A stretch of 64,000 nucleotides of DNA from Candidatus Spongiihabitans sp. (GCA_965206355.1 OZ242212.1:1118814-1182813); one strand, 5' to 3'; positions 29,061 to 38,070 are shown, numbered from the stretch's first letter. Numbers and translations are program-made. Notes: generated by a model not told the origin, from the letters alone.

Positions 29061-29990
29061 CTAGCTTAACATTGTCTCAAACTCTTTCTCTGATATCGCG
29101 GCCTCGCGCTTGAGCCAATCACGAAAGGCGGCAATTTGTGGCTCGGTTTCGCGCCCCAGAACGCACACGAAAAAATACGACACATTGGATTTGCTTTTAA
29201 TCTCTGGAAATAACCGCACCAAGCGGCCGGCTTTAACATCGTCAAGGACATGTGCGCTACGCGCCAGTGCCACCCCCTGATCGTCAATAGCCGCCTGAAG
29301 CGCCAGACTGGTTTGCGGGAATTGTGTGCCTTTGGGCATTTTTTTAACCAGCACCTCCGCATCCTTGAACCAATCGCGCCACCTTTGTAAAATGTCTACG
29401 GCATTACGCCGCAACAGCGGTAGATTTAATAAATCTTCAGGATTTTTCGGTGTGCCATATTCTTCAAGAAAATGTGGGCTACATACCGGAAAAATATATT
29501 CGCTCAGCAAGGGTTCTTCATAGAGATTTCCCCAATTTCCATAACCGAGACGGATACCGACATCGGCTGTTTTCGAGTCGAAAACGACCAGTTCATCGGA
29601 GGTGGATATCCATATATCAATATCAGGATGTTCACGGTTGAAGTGCCCCAGCCTCGGCACCAGCCATTTGAAGGCAAAAGATTGCAGCAAGGTGACGCGT
29701 AGGGCTGACGGGCCTTCATTTTTCTCGGTAATCTCCTCTAGTGTCGCGCTTATGCGGCGGATAAAATCCCGCACCACTGGTGCCAGAGCGTGTCCGGCTT
29801 GGGTCGGGATAATGCGTCGCCCGCGCCGCTCAAATAATTTGACTCCCCACAAGGCTTCAATATGCTTGATTTGGTGGCTGATAGCACTTTGGGTAACAAA
29901 CAGTTCCTCAGCAGCGTGGGTATAGCTTGAATGTCGGGCAGCAGCCTCCAAAGCACGTAAGGCTGCCATCGGTGGGAAGCGAATGGACAT
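29061..29990 (-). CDS. LysR-family transcriptional regulator (GcvA-like)
   Basis: 309 aa. The N-terminal wHTH is LRALEAAARHSSYTHAAEELFVTQSAISHQIKHIE, followed by a LysR substrate-binding fold. Confidence 0.9.
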   Translation of the reverse strand: MSIRFPPMAALRALEAAARHSSYTHAAEELFVTQSAISHQIKHIEALWGVKLFERRGRRIIPTQAGHALAPVVRDFIRRISATLEEITEKNEGPSALRVTLLQSFAFKWLVPRLGHFNREHPDIDIWISTSDELVVFDSKTADVGIRLGYGNWGNLYEEPLLSEYIFPVCSPHFLEEYGTPKNPEDLLNLPLLRRNAVDILQRWRDWFKDAEVLVKKMPKGTQFPQTSLALQAAIDDQGVALARSAHVLDDVKAGRLVRLFPEIKSKSNVSYFFVCVLGRETEPQIAAFRDWLKREAAISEKEFETMLS

Positions 29991-30009
29991 GGTTATACGA
30001 ATTTAATAT

Positions 30010-30025
30010 ATGAGTAATTACTCAT
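30010..30025. promoter_or_regulatory. Perfect 16-bp palindrome atgagtaattactcat, candidate LysR operator
   Basis: Read from the sequence. It lies 20 nt upstream of the LysR start codon, in the region divergent from the DUF1127 gene. LysR regulators typically bind dyads in such positions. Confidence 0.4.
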
Positions 30026-30253
30026 GTATTGTATGAAAAACTTTCGTTTGTCTGCAAGGCATTTTAGCACTATATTCTCGTCATCAGCTAATACATAGCT
30101 AACGCTTAAACAACAAATTTAAGCAGCAAACTTAAACGGTAAACTTTGAGGGTCAGAAAAATGGCAAGCCAATTATTTATTAGAGTGGGTGTCGCGTATG
30201 TCGGTACTCTCACATTATTAACCATCATGATTTTGATCAACTAGGAGGCTAAC

Positions 30254-30532
30254 ATGAATAATACTGTAAATACGAAAGAAAACGCAAATGTGGTGCATGG
30301 TGTGTTTCGGCGGGGGATTTTGATGCGGATTTTTGACAAGGTCGAGGCTTTGATTGAACGCAGAAACACACTCCGTCAATTAAACATGCTGTCCGACAGA
30401 ATGTTACTTGATATTGGTATCGAACGCGCTCATATTCGCGCTTCACTGCATAGCCGCAACACATTGACACAAATGCTTGAAAAGCGCTCTGACCAACCCA
30501 GCGTATCCGTCAAGGCGCGCCGTGCCGCGTAA
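30254..30532 (+). CDS. DUF1127 domain-containing small protein
   Basis: 92 aa. LNMLSDRMLLDIGIERAHI matches the DUF1127 core (LSDxxLxDIGxxR). SD aggagg lies upstream (ctaggaggctaacATG). Confidence 0.8.
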   Translation: MNNTVNTKENANVVHGVFRRGILMRIFDKVEALIERRNTLRQLNMLSDRMLLDIGIERAHIRASLHSRNTLTQMLEKRSDQPSVSVKARRAA

Positions 30533-30564
30533 AGTTTTATCCTCCATTAAGGGATCTCCCTTGA

Positions 30565-30592
30565 GGACGTTCTTCCGAACGTCCTTTTTTTT
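30565..30592 (+). terminator. Rho-independent terminator after the DUF1127 gene
   Basis: ggacgttc-ttcc-gaacgtcc stem-loop followed by eight T residues. Confidence 0.85.
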
Positions 30593-30836
30593 GCCTGTTT
30601 GATTTTTGCCATCAGCGGTTTCAGATAGATAGGAGAGTACCTCTCTATTTGGGTTGGCGGTCCCCGCTTAGCGACTGTGATTTGTGTTGTCTGTGTCATT
30701 CATTGTTGACTATGCACTTGCGCCTGATTGTGATTGATGCGCGCGTTATGAAGCATAGACAATTCACCAATATCAGGGGCAGTTAATCATCTGCTGCGAA
30801 ATTAACCGAATTTCTTTGAAGGTTGGTTTATAATCT

Positions 30837-30998
30837 GAGACCTTTGCACGGAAGATGATTTCGCTTTCAGGCAAGGCAAAAACGCACGGAATGAGGGAGT
30901 TTATGCTTATAAATGACCGATTGAGTACGATTTTACCAACAGTAGGCGCTTTTAGGCGACGTAGCATGTAGGTGAAATGGCTTTCGTGCAAAGGCCTC
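30837..30998 (+). mobile_element. MITE copy, long form (162 bp)
   Basis: TSD aatct at 30832-30836 and 30999-31003. The right TIR has one mismatch (aaggcctc). Confidence 0.93.
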
Positions 30999-31167
30999 AA
31001 TCTGTTGTGCAAAGCGATGCCATATAGTTATTAATAGACCTTTGCATTGTTGTCAGAAGCGCAATGTTAGCCGTGCCGGATTTATTGTTGGGTTATATGC
31101 TGGGTATTGTTGGGATGGTGCAATTAAAGCCCCGATGGCGCTGGATTGAGTGAATTTTGAATGATGT

Positions 31168-31306
31168 GAGACCTTTGCACGGAAGATGATTTCGCTTTCA
31201 GGTAAGGCAAAAACGCACGGAATGAGGGAGTTTATGCTTATAAATGACCGATTGAGTACGTTTTTAACGTAGCATGCAGGTGAAAGGGCTTTCGTGCAAA
31301 GGTCTC
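31168..31306 (+). mobile_element. MITE copy, short form (139 bp)
   Basis: Perfect TIRs. TSD gatgt at 31163-31167 and 31307-31311. Ends 29 nt upstream of the ilvA start codon. Confidence 0.95.
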
Positions 31307-31335
31307 GATGTAAAAGTCTCAGTTAGCATAAAATT

Positions 31336-32886
31336 ATGACTAAAGATTACCCCGTAAATTATCTTAAAGCGATTCTCAATTCCCGTGTTTATGATGTGGC
31401 AAAAGAGACGCCGTTGGCGTTGTCGGCGCGATTGTCTGACCGTCTTAAAAGCCATGTCTGGTTGAAGCGGGAAGATATGCAACTGACTTTCTGCTACAAA
31501 ATTCGTGGCGCATACAACAAGATGGTCAGTTTAACGACTACCGAATTGCGCCGTGGTGTGGTTGTGGCATCGGCAGGCAATCATGCACAAGGTGTTGCTA
31601 TGAGTGCCAAACGGCTGGGTTGTGAGGCATTGATTGTGATGCCGCTTACTACGCCTTCCATTAAGATTGAAGCGGTTCGTCGCTGGGGTGCGGAAGTTAA
31701 ATTGATTGGAGACAGCTTTGACGATGCTTTTGAATACGCGCAGTCTGTTTGTAAAAAACAGCGGCGAAAATTTATTAGCCCATTTGATGACCCGTTGGTC
31801 ATTGCTGGTCAGGGTACTGTTGGGCTTGAACTCATTAAGCAAAGCGCTACGCCGCCGGATGCGGTATTTGTGCCAGTTGGTGGTGGTGGTTTGATCGCCG
31901 GTGTTGCCATCTGCATTAAGCAATTACGACCAGAAATTAAAATCATCGGGGTTGAGCCTTTTGAATCTGATGTGTTGTATCAGTCATTACAGGCAGGCAG
32001 ACGAGTCAAATTAAAACGGGTCGGTATTTTTGCTGATGGTGTTGCGGTCAAGCAGGTTGGAAAAGAAAATTTTAAATTGTGTCGGGATTTTGTTGATGAA
32101 GTGGTTAGGGTGAGTACAGATGAAATTTGTGCGGCAATCAAAGATATCTGCGAGGATACGCGCACTATCGTTGAGCCTGCTGGCGCACTGAGTGTCGCTG
32201 GTATTAAGTGCTGGTTGAAAGACCAACGGGAGCAGGACAGGGCAAAAGGCAAAAGGCATAAAAAAATGAATCTGGTAGCAGTGGTGTCTGGGGCGAATAT
32301 GAATTTTGATCGGTTGCGGCATGTTGCCGAACGCGCCGAAATCGGAGAGCGACGTGAAGCGATTATTGCCGTGACCATTCCTGAGCAACGGGGGAGTTTT
32401 CGGCGATTTTATCGAACTCTGGGACAACGTAGCGTTTCCGAATTCAACTATAGATATGCTAGCGAGACACAAGCACATATTTTTGTCGGGGTGCAGATTA
32501 AACATCGTAATGAAAGTGATAAATTGATAAAGAGATTGGTGGCAAAAGGTTTTCCCAGTCTTGATTTAACCGAAAATGAGCTTGCTAAAATACATGCGCG
32601 CTATATGGTTGGTGGCAGGGTGCCTGAACTTAGTAATGAGCGACTATTTAGTTTTGAGTTTCCGGAACGCCCGGGTGCTTTGGGTGATTTTGTGAATCGA
32701 ATTGGAACAACTTGGAATATCACGTTATTTCATTACCGTAACCACGGCTCGGATTTTGGGCGGGTGTTATGCGGTATTCAGGTGCCCAATGATAGCCGTA
32801 AGGCGTTCAATGGTTTCCTGAAGAGTTTGGGTTACGCTTATCGCGAGGAGAGTGATAATCCGGTCTATACGTTATTTTTACGTTAG
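31336..32886 (+). CDS. ilvA: Biosynthetic threonine dehydratase (threonine ammonia-lyase)
   Basis: 516 aa. It has a PLP-lysine region (LKREDMQLTFCYKIRGAYN) and two C-terminal ACT-like regulatory domains, as in E. coli IlvA. Confidence 0.93.
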   Translation: MTKDYPVNYLKAILNSRVYDVAKETPLALSARLSDRLKSHVWLKREDMQLTFCYKIRGAYNKMVSLTTTELRRGVVVASAGNHAQGVAMSAKRLGCEALIVMPLTTPSIKIEAVRRWGAEVKLIGDSFDDAFEYAQSVCKKQRRKFISPFDDPLVIAGQGTVGLELIKQSATPPDAVFVPVGGGGLIAGVAICIKQLRPEIKIIGVEPFESDVLYQSLQAGRRVKLKRVGIFADGVAVKQVGKENFKLCRDFVDEVVRVSTDEICAAIKDICEDTRTIVEPAGALSVAGIKCWLKDQREQDRAKGKRHKKMNLVAVVSGANMNFDRLRHVAERAEIGERREAIIAVTIPEQRGSFRRFYRTLGQRSVSEFNYRYASETQAHIFVGVQIKHRNESDKLIKRLVAKGFPSLDLTENELAKIHARYMVGGRVPELSNERLFSFEFPERPGALGDFVNRIGTTWNITLFHYRNHGSDFGRVLCGIQVPNDSRKAFNGFLKSLGYAYREESDNPVYTLFLR

Positions 32887-32904
32887 CCGACAGTCCACAA
32901 CAAA

Positions 32905-33132
32905 ATGAGCAAAATAGACATCAGCGCAGAAGTGGAACTGGGTGGAATTTATAATATTCCCGGGGAAGGCTTTGTGGTTGAGCTGAAAATATTGGATGCC
33001 GCTTACCTTTTTGATAAGCAGGGATTGCAATACCGGATTATTGAAAAAAAACAAAAAGGTTACGCTAGTACGGTCGAAGAAATGGCACTGACACAAATCA
33101 ATAATTTCGAACCTGTGTTTGATTTATGCTAA
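32905..33132 (+). CDS. Hypothetical small protein
   Basis: 75-aa ORF with no recognisable family or strong SD. Its stop overlaps the start of the downstream PPTase gene (33126), which hints at coupling. Confidence 0.35.
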   Translation: MSKIDISAEVELGGIYNIPGEGFVVELKILDAAYLFDKQGLQYRIIEKKQKGYASTVEEMALTQINNFEPVFDLC

Positions 33133-34115
33133 CCGATGATAAGGCGGTTGCCGAATGCCCCTTTTTCTGGAACGACACTGCTACAGGAGCCTGTTCAAAA
33201 CAGTCTCTTCAGAAAAATCAAATACACTTATGGATGGTGTCTCTGAATGGGTTTGCGACACGCTACGCCTGTTCATCTAAAAACGGCTGTTCCACAACAG
33301 CGGCTATGTCCGACTTGTCGGTGCCGCCTGACGCGGAGATATTAACCCAAGCGGAAAATAAGCGAGCCAGCCGCATCGTCAATAACGCCCGCCGCAAGGA
33401 CTATCTTGGTGGCAGAGTAGGGTTGCGAACTTTGTTATCTGCTTATACTGGAATCAGCAATGCTGAGCTTGAGTTTGGTTATGGAAGTCGTGGCAAGCCA
33501 CGCTTATTGAATACGGTTTCTAAACGGAAGCTGGCATTTAATTACAGCTTATCCAGAGGCTATGCCTTGTACGCATTTGGCTGGGATATGGAATTGGGTG
33601 TTGATCTGGAAATTTTTCCGCGCACGATTTCCACTGATCGTTTGGCAAAACGTATATTAACCGAGCGCGAACAAGGTGCTTGGCACAGCGTTGATCAAGC
33701 ACAACGGCATCACGCTATGCTGGCATGTTGGACTAGGAAAGAAGCTTATGGCAAGGTGCTAGGTGTCGGTATCCGATACAATATGAATCAAGTCAATTTG
33801 TTTACCGATTTGCAACAGGCGCGATGGTGTAGCACTGTTTCTGGTTTATTCGATAACGAAGCAGCCTGCTCAGAATTGTTTCCGCAACTATTGCCGCCAC
33901 AGTCGCTGCGTCCCCTGAAACAACCTATACAACAATTACAGGGGGTTCAACTGGCCTTACCTGTTTGCGGTGTCGCATCGCTGATGTATGCAGAAAATAC
34001 CGAAAACACCATGCCAGCAAACGAAGCTGAAAATGCCGTCTCTGAATGCAATCGGGCAGGGTCGGTCGCCATCAGCCATAATCCTGAACTGTCGACTTTT
34101 CAATTGTACTTGTGA
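33126..34115 (+). CDS. 4'-phosphopantetheinyl transferase superfamily protein (Sfp-type) with a C-terminal extension
   Basis: GRVGLRTLLSAYTGISNAELEFGYGSRGKPRL, FNYSLSRGYALYAF, GVDLE and WTRKEAYGKVLG follow the Sfp-type PPTase motif order. At 329 aa it is about 100 aa longer than typical members. Confidence 0.7.
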   Translation: MLTDDKAVAECPFFWNDTATGACSKQSLQKNQIHLWMVSLNGFATRYACSSKNGCSTTAAMSDLSVPPDAEILTQAENKRASRIVNNARRKDYLGGRVGLRTLLSAYTGISNAELEFGYGSRGKPRLLNTVSKRKLAFNYSLSRGYALYAFGWDMELGVDLEIFPRTISTDRLAKRILTEREQGAWHSVDQAQRHHAMLACWTRKEAYGKVLGVGIRYNMNQVNLFTDLQQARWCSTVSGLFDNEAACSELFPQLLPPQSLRPLKQPIQQLQGVQLALPVCGVASLMYAENTENTMPANEAENAVSECNRAGSVAISHNPELSTFQLYL

Positions 34116-34131
34116 GGGCTGGTGGATGGGT

Positions 34132-34158
34132 GTGCGGCTGTAAGCCGCGCCTTGTTTT
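34132..34158 (+). terminator. Possible intrinsic terminator after the PPTase gene
   Basis: gtgcggc-tgtaa-gccgcgc hairpin (7 bp including one G-U) followed by cttgtttt. The T-tract is weaker than in the other terminators. Confidence 0.45.
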
Positions 34159-34523
34159 ACAAAAATTTTAAGTTCATTTTACAAATATTTTTTGGGGATC
34201 ATTTGCGACTGAGCTTTAAGCGGCTTTTAATTACTTCTTGTTGGCTAATTTAACCGTGGTGATGTAGCCACCATTATTGTCGATTGTATGCGTACAGGAT
34301 GTGCATTTGTAATTTTAGAAGAAAGGAAGGAGCTACTGAAGTCTTTGGAGGCTGAAAGGCTGAACATGAACGCTGGGAAGCTGAACGCCTGAAGACTAAA
34401 CAGACAACCAGATAAATAAGCGGATTAAAGAAGTTGTTACGTTGACGTTCAGGCGTTTTCACAATAAGCTGCGCAAACAAAATGGCCTGTCGTCTGGGTA
34501 TTGAATGTAGTACACTCTCCGCT

Positions 34524-34970
34524 ATGAATACGGTTGCTTTTGACACGCTCGCCTTTGCCAAACGCTTGCAGGAAGCAGGGGTTCCGGCTGTGCAGGCGGA
34601 GGCGCATGCGATTGCACAAGCGGATTTTCTAACCCACCACCTGCTGAGCGAAGTCGCCACAAAGATCGATCTTAAAGCATTGGAGGTCGCCACTAAGACC
34701 GATCTCAAAGCATTGGAGGTCGCCACCAAGACCGATCTTAAAGCATTGGAGGTTGCCACCAAGACCGATCTCAAAGCCCTGAAAGCCGATATCAAAGCAC
34801 TGGAGATTGCCACTAAAGCTGACATCACGGCACTGAAAGACGCCACTAGAGCCGATTTGGCTGATATGCGAGTTGCTCTGGCGGGGATGGAAACCAAACT
34901 CAGTTTGCGGATGCTGTTTATGGTGGGTGCGCTGGCTACCTTGATGACCTTTTTTAAGTTTATGGGATAA
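34524..34970 (+). CDS. DUF1640-like coiled-coil protein with a C-terminal membrane anchor
   Basis: From the ATG at 34524: MNTVAFDTLAFAKRLQEAGVPAVQAEAHAIAQ is the characteristic DUF1640 N-terminus. Next come EVATKTDLKAL hendecad repeats and a terminal hydrophobic helix LRMLFMVGALATLMTFFKF. Confidence 0.75.
   Translation: MNTVAFDTLAFAKRLQEAGVPAVQAEAHAIAQADFLTHHLLSEVATKIDLKALEVATKTDLKALEVATKTDLKALEVATKTDLKALKADIKALEIATKADITALKDATRADLADMRVALAGMETKLSLRMLFMVGALATLMTFFKFMG
34650..34781 (+). repeat. Four tandem 33-bp (11-codon) repeats inside the DUF1640-like CDS
   Basis: Units encode EVATKIDLKAL / EVATKTDLKAL x3. More degenerate 11-mers follow, to about 34870. Confidence 0.9.
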
Positions 34971-35034
34971 TTACTCGGGCTCTTTCCTCAGGCTACTCCC
35001 TCACGCTCCTTCCCGAGCAACACTATTCGGTGGC

Positions 35035-35484
35035 TTACTCAGCCTGATCAACCATATACTGTACTGCTGCGGTAACGGCATTATCGCTGAGAGAGACATT
35101 GCCACCTTTGGCTGGCATGACACCAGTTGCGCCGCTAAAACCTTGGATGGCATGTGCCGTCAGGGTGTCGATGCCTTGTTCAATGCGTTCGCTCCAATCG
35201 CTGGCTTTTCCTAAAACAGGTGAGCCGGCAACACCGCTGTTGTGGCAGACAGCACAGGTGCGGTTGTAAATCGTTTCACCATCTTCGCCAGTATCGCTGT
35301 CGCCTGCATCGTCTGCATCATCCGTTCGCACTTTGTCTATCTGCAGTTTTCCGACTGCGGATACTCTGGCTTTTAGAGACGCGGGTGAGTTATGGATGGC
35401 AAGTGCAGAGGAGAAAGACGTTGCGAATAATAGTGAGGAAAACATGGCGACGATGCCACGCATGCTTATACTAAAAAATTTCAT
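35035..35484 (-). CDS. Class I c-type cytochrome (cytochrome c5-like)
   Basis: 149 aa with a signal peptide. A single CAVCH heme-binding motif sits in RTCAVCHNSGVAGSPVLG, with a distal Met region (GVMPAKGG). Confidence 0.85.
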   Translation of the reverse strand: MKFFSISMRGIVAMFSSLLFATSFSSALAIHNSPASLKARVSAVGKLQIDKVRTDDADDAGDSDTGEDGETIYNRTCAVCHNSGVAGSPVLGKASDWSERIEQGIDTLTAHAIQGFSGATGVMPAKGGNVSLSDNAVTAAVQYMVDQAE

Positions 35485-36013
35485 GGCTAATTATGTTGTT
35501 TATGTTGTCGGGAGACGGGTTGTTTGAACAAGTTCAAGGCGAATTCTAGCATTTTTCAAATGATTTTTATGGATATATTTTTTTGGCATAGCGTTGTCTT
35601 ACTAATGCTGTTTTATCAATGTTGTGAATGCGCAATGTGGTTGATGCGGTCTGCTCATAAAATAAATTGATTTTATTGATAAATTATTTTTGTGATTTAT
35701 TGTGCCATTTATGTACCACATTAAGGAAAAACAATTTATTTCCAATCTGTTTTTCAGTTACAGTAATGCGCATTGGTGTCATTGTCGTTCAATACGAGGT
35801 AGTCGCAGTGGCTGGCTAGAAGGCCTGGGTAGATAGTTGGACAGATAAAATGAGTGCGCAGGAAGTGCTAGCGTACCGATAATATACATTGAACACCAGC
35901 GCATTGATGGCGTAACAGATGACGGTTTCTACGGGTTGGTTTTTTGCCTGATTCGGGAATCTGATTAAACTGTTACAATCAACAATCACTAAAATTAGAT
36001 GAGGATTTGAACT

Positions 36014-37414
36014 ATGACTAATGAGCTTTCATCGCTAGTTGTTATATTTACCGAGTTTTATTACTGGATTACGGTGCCCCTGATGTTTCTGATTCATGTC
36101 GGCTTCTGCATGTATGAAGTCGGTGCATCGCGCTACAAGAACCACATGCACACCCTGATGAAAAATACCATGCTGATCCCTTTGGTGACCGTGACATTTT
36201 TCTTTTTCGGTTGGTGGCTTTATTTCGCACTGGTTAATGGTCCGGGTATCAATGGCGGTCTGGTAACCGCCTCCAATGCCACTCCTTGGAGTGAATTGAT
36301 GGGCGCACATCTGGGCGGGGCAGCCATACAAAATACGCTGAGCGTTGATGACACCAGTTACTGGGCGCGTATCAATGGCGTATTCTGGGCAGCCTTTTTG
36401 CTGTTTTCCTGGACTGCTGCATCAATCGTTTCCGGCTCGGTTATCGAACGTATCCGCCCCAGTGCATTCTGGATACTGGCTGTGCTGATTGGCTCGTTTA
36501 CATGGATTATTGACGCTTCATGGGGATGGTCATGGAATGGCTGGATGGTGCAGTTGCTGGGCTATCATGATGCTTATGCCTCGGGTGTTATCCACGCTGT
36601 AGCGGGTGGCTTTGCGCTGGGTATATTGGTGGTTTTAGGACCGCGAATTGGCAAATTTGCCAGTGATGGTTCGCCAAGAAATATTAACCCGCATAATCCC
36701 TGGTTGGTGACTATCGGGCTGTTCCTGATATACACCGGATTCTGGGGCTTCTATGTTGCCTGTAACATTCCTATCATTGATGTTTATGGCGGGGCGATGC
36801 TGGATGTTGCTGATAAAAGCTATTTCAGTGCCACCAATATCTATCTGCAACCGACCACGCTGTCTGCCATTACTTTTAACTTCCTGATGTCATTGTCAGG
36901 TGGATTGATGGCTGCTTATATGGTTTCCAAAGGTGATGCGTTCTGGACTTATTCCGGCGGATTGGCGGGCGTAATCGCCGCCTCAGCGGGGAACGATCTG
37001 TACCACCCGATTCAGGCGATGCTGATTGCGGCTGTTGTCGTGGTCATTATCTACAAGATGCACCATTGGGTTGAGCGTGTATTCAAAATTGATGATGCGG
37101 TTGGTGCTGTTGCGGTGCATGGTTATGCCGGTTTTCTGGGCGTGGTTATTGCAGGCTTTATGCTCTGGGGCTATCCATCATCTCCCTTTGAAGGGTATGC
37201 GGTAATTACCCCGTGGGGACAATTCGCCGGTGCAATAATTATGTTCTTTGTTCTGGGATTTATTCCAGCTTGGGTTGCGTCTAAAATTTTAAGCGCTATG
37301 GGTTTGCTTCGTATTCCGCGTGAACTCGAATTGGTTGGTCTGGATATGAGTTCCGAAGCGCAACGGCAGGTAGATGCACAGGCTGTTAGAGAAACCATTC
37401 GCAACGAAGCCTGA
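36014..37414 (+). CDS. amt: Ammonium (possibly methylammonium) transporter, Amt family
   Basis: 466 aa and polytopic. Amt/MEP-type segments include AVHGYAGFLGVVIAG and the conserved His-containing helices. Substrate preference cannot be read from the sequence. Confidence 0.88.
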   Translation: MTNELSSLVVIFTEFYYWITVPLMFLIHVGFCMYEVGASRYKNHMHTLMKNTMLIPLVTVTFFFFGWWLYFALVNGPGINGGLVTASNATPWSELMGAHLGGAAIQNTLSVDDTSYWARINGVFWAAFLLFSWTAASIVSGSVIERIRPSAFWILAVLIGSFTWIIDASWGWSWNGWMVQLLGYHDAYASGVIHAVAGGFALGILVVLGPRIGKFASDGSPRNINPHNPWLVTIGLFLIYTGFWGFYVACNIPIIDVYGGAMLDVADKSYFSATNIYLQPTTLSAITFNFLMSLSGGLMAAYMVSKGDAFWTYSGGLAGVIAASAGNDLYHPIQAMLIAAVVVVIIYKMHHWVERVFKIDDAVGAVAVHGYAGFLGVVIAGFMLWGYPSSPFEGYAVITPWGQFAGAIIMFFVLGFIPAWVASKILSAMGLLRIPRELELVGLDMSSEAQRQVDAQAVRETIRNEA

Positions 37415-37589
37415 GCTTGATTTAGAATTATTGACTTTTTATACAAGGGTGTCTCTGCTCATTAACGATGTTTTTGTGAGCGTAAGAAAGTCCCGTGCGC
37501 ATCAAGATAGCCAGCGCGGGACTGACGGCGCAATCGCGAAACAAGATAATTAACAGCGATACCCATAAACCTTAACACTGGAGATTATT

Positions 37590-37838
37590 ATGGCAACAGG
37601 TATGGTGAACAACTGGATCAATGTCGATACACTGGGTCCTATTTATCCTTTCGTAGGCTCTGAAAGTACATTAGTGCTGATTGGTTTGGCTTTCTGGCTA
37701 CTTTGGCATGTTTGGCAAATAAAGTCGGAATCGACCGAGTTCAAAATGGATATTGAGAAAATCGAACGGCACGGTGGTGTCGCTAAAGTGCTGGATAATG
37801 AAGGCGAGCGCGAGATTAGTGATTTGGCGGGCAGGTGA
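37590..37838 (+). CDS. Small membrane protein, unknown function
   Basis: 82 aa. SD ggag lies 8 nt before the ATG. One hydrophobic helix (STLVLIGLAFWLLWHVW). No family recognised. Confidence 0.5.
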   Translation: MATGMVNNWINVDTLGPIYPFVGSESTLVLIGLAFWLLWHVWQIKSESTEFKMDIEKIERHGGVAKVLDNEGEREISDLAGR

Positions 37839-37863
37839 TTATTTTTAATTTTTGTGACTAACT

Positions 37864-38025
37864 GAGACTTTTGCACGGAAGATGATTTCGCTTTCAGGCA
37901 AGGCAAAAACGCACGGAATGAGGGAGTTTATGCTTATAAATGACCGATTGAGTACGATTTTACCAACAGTAGGCGCTTTTAGGCGACGCAGCATGCAGGT
38001 GAAATGGCTTTCGTGCAAAGCTCTC
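37864..38025 (+). mobile_element. MITE copy, long form (162 bp)
   Basis: TSD taact at 37859-37863 and 38026-38030. One mismatch in each TIR. Inserted between the upstream stop codon and its terminator hairpin. Confidence 0.93.
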
Positions 38026-38039
38026 TAACTTTATTTGTG

Positions 38040-38070
38040 CCCCTTCACGGCCCGCCGTGAAGGGGCTTTT
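38040..38070 (+). terminator. Rho-independent terminator (now separated from its gene by a MITE)
   Basis: ccccttcacgg-cccg-ccgtgaagggg stem (11 bp) followed by ctttt. Confidence 0.75.

Noticed and set aside
34274-34897. 207-aa minus-strand ORF overlapping the DUF1640-like gene
   Set aside because: The plus-strand frame carries the conserved DUF1640 N-terminus and a tail anchor. The minus-strand translation is a repeat-driven low-complexity artefact (LRSVLVATSNA repeats).
35584-35598. Possible sigma-54 promoter tggcat-agcgt-tgtc upstream of amt
   Set aside because: The -12 element is TGTC rather than TTGC (the conserved GC is missing), and it lies about 430 nt from the start codon. It is too weak to call without a TSS.
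35780-35900. Possible glutamine (glnA-type) riboswitch or other nitrogen-responsive RNA in the amt leader
   Set aside because: I could not match the conserved glnA-motif core sequences. Only a weak long-range complementarity (gcgcattggtgt / acaccagcgc) is visible. An Infernal scan is needed before any claim.
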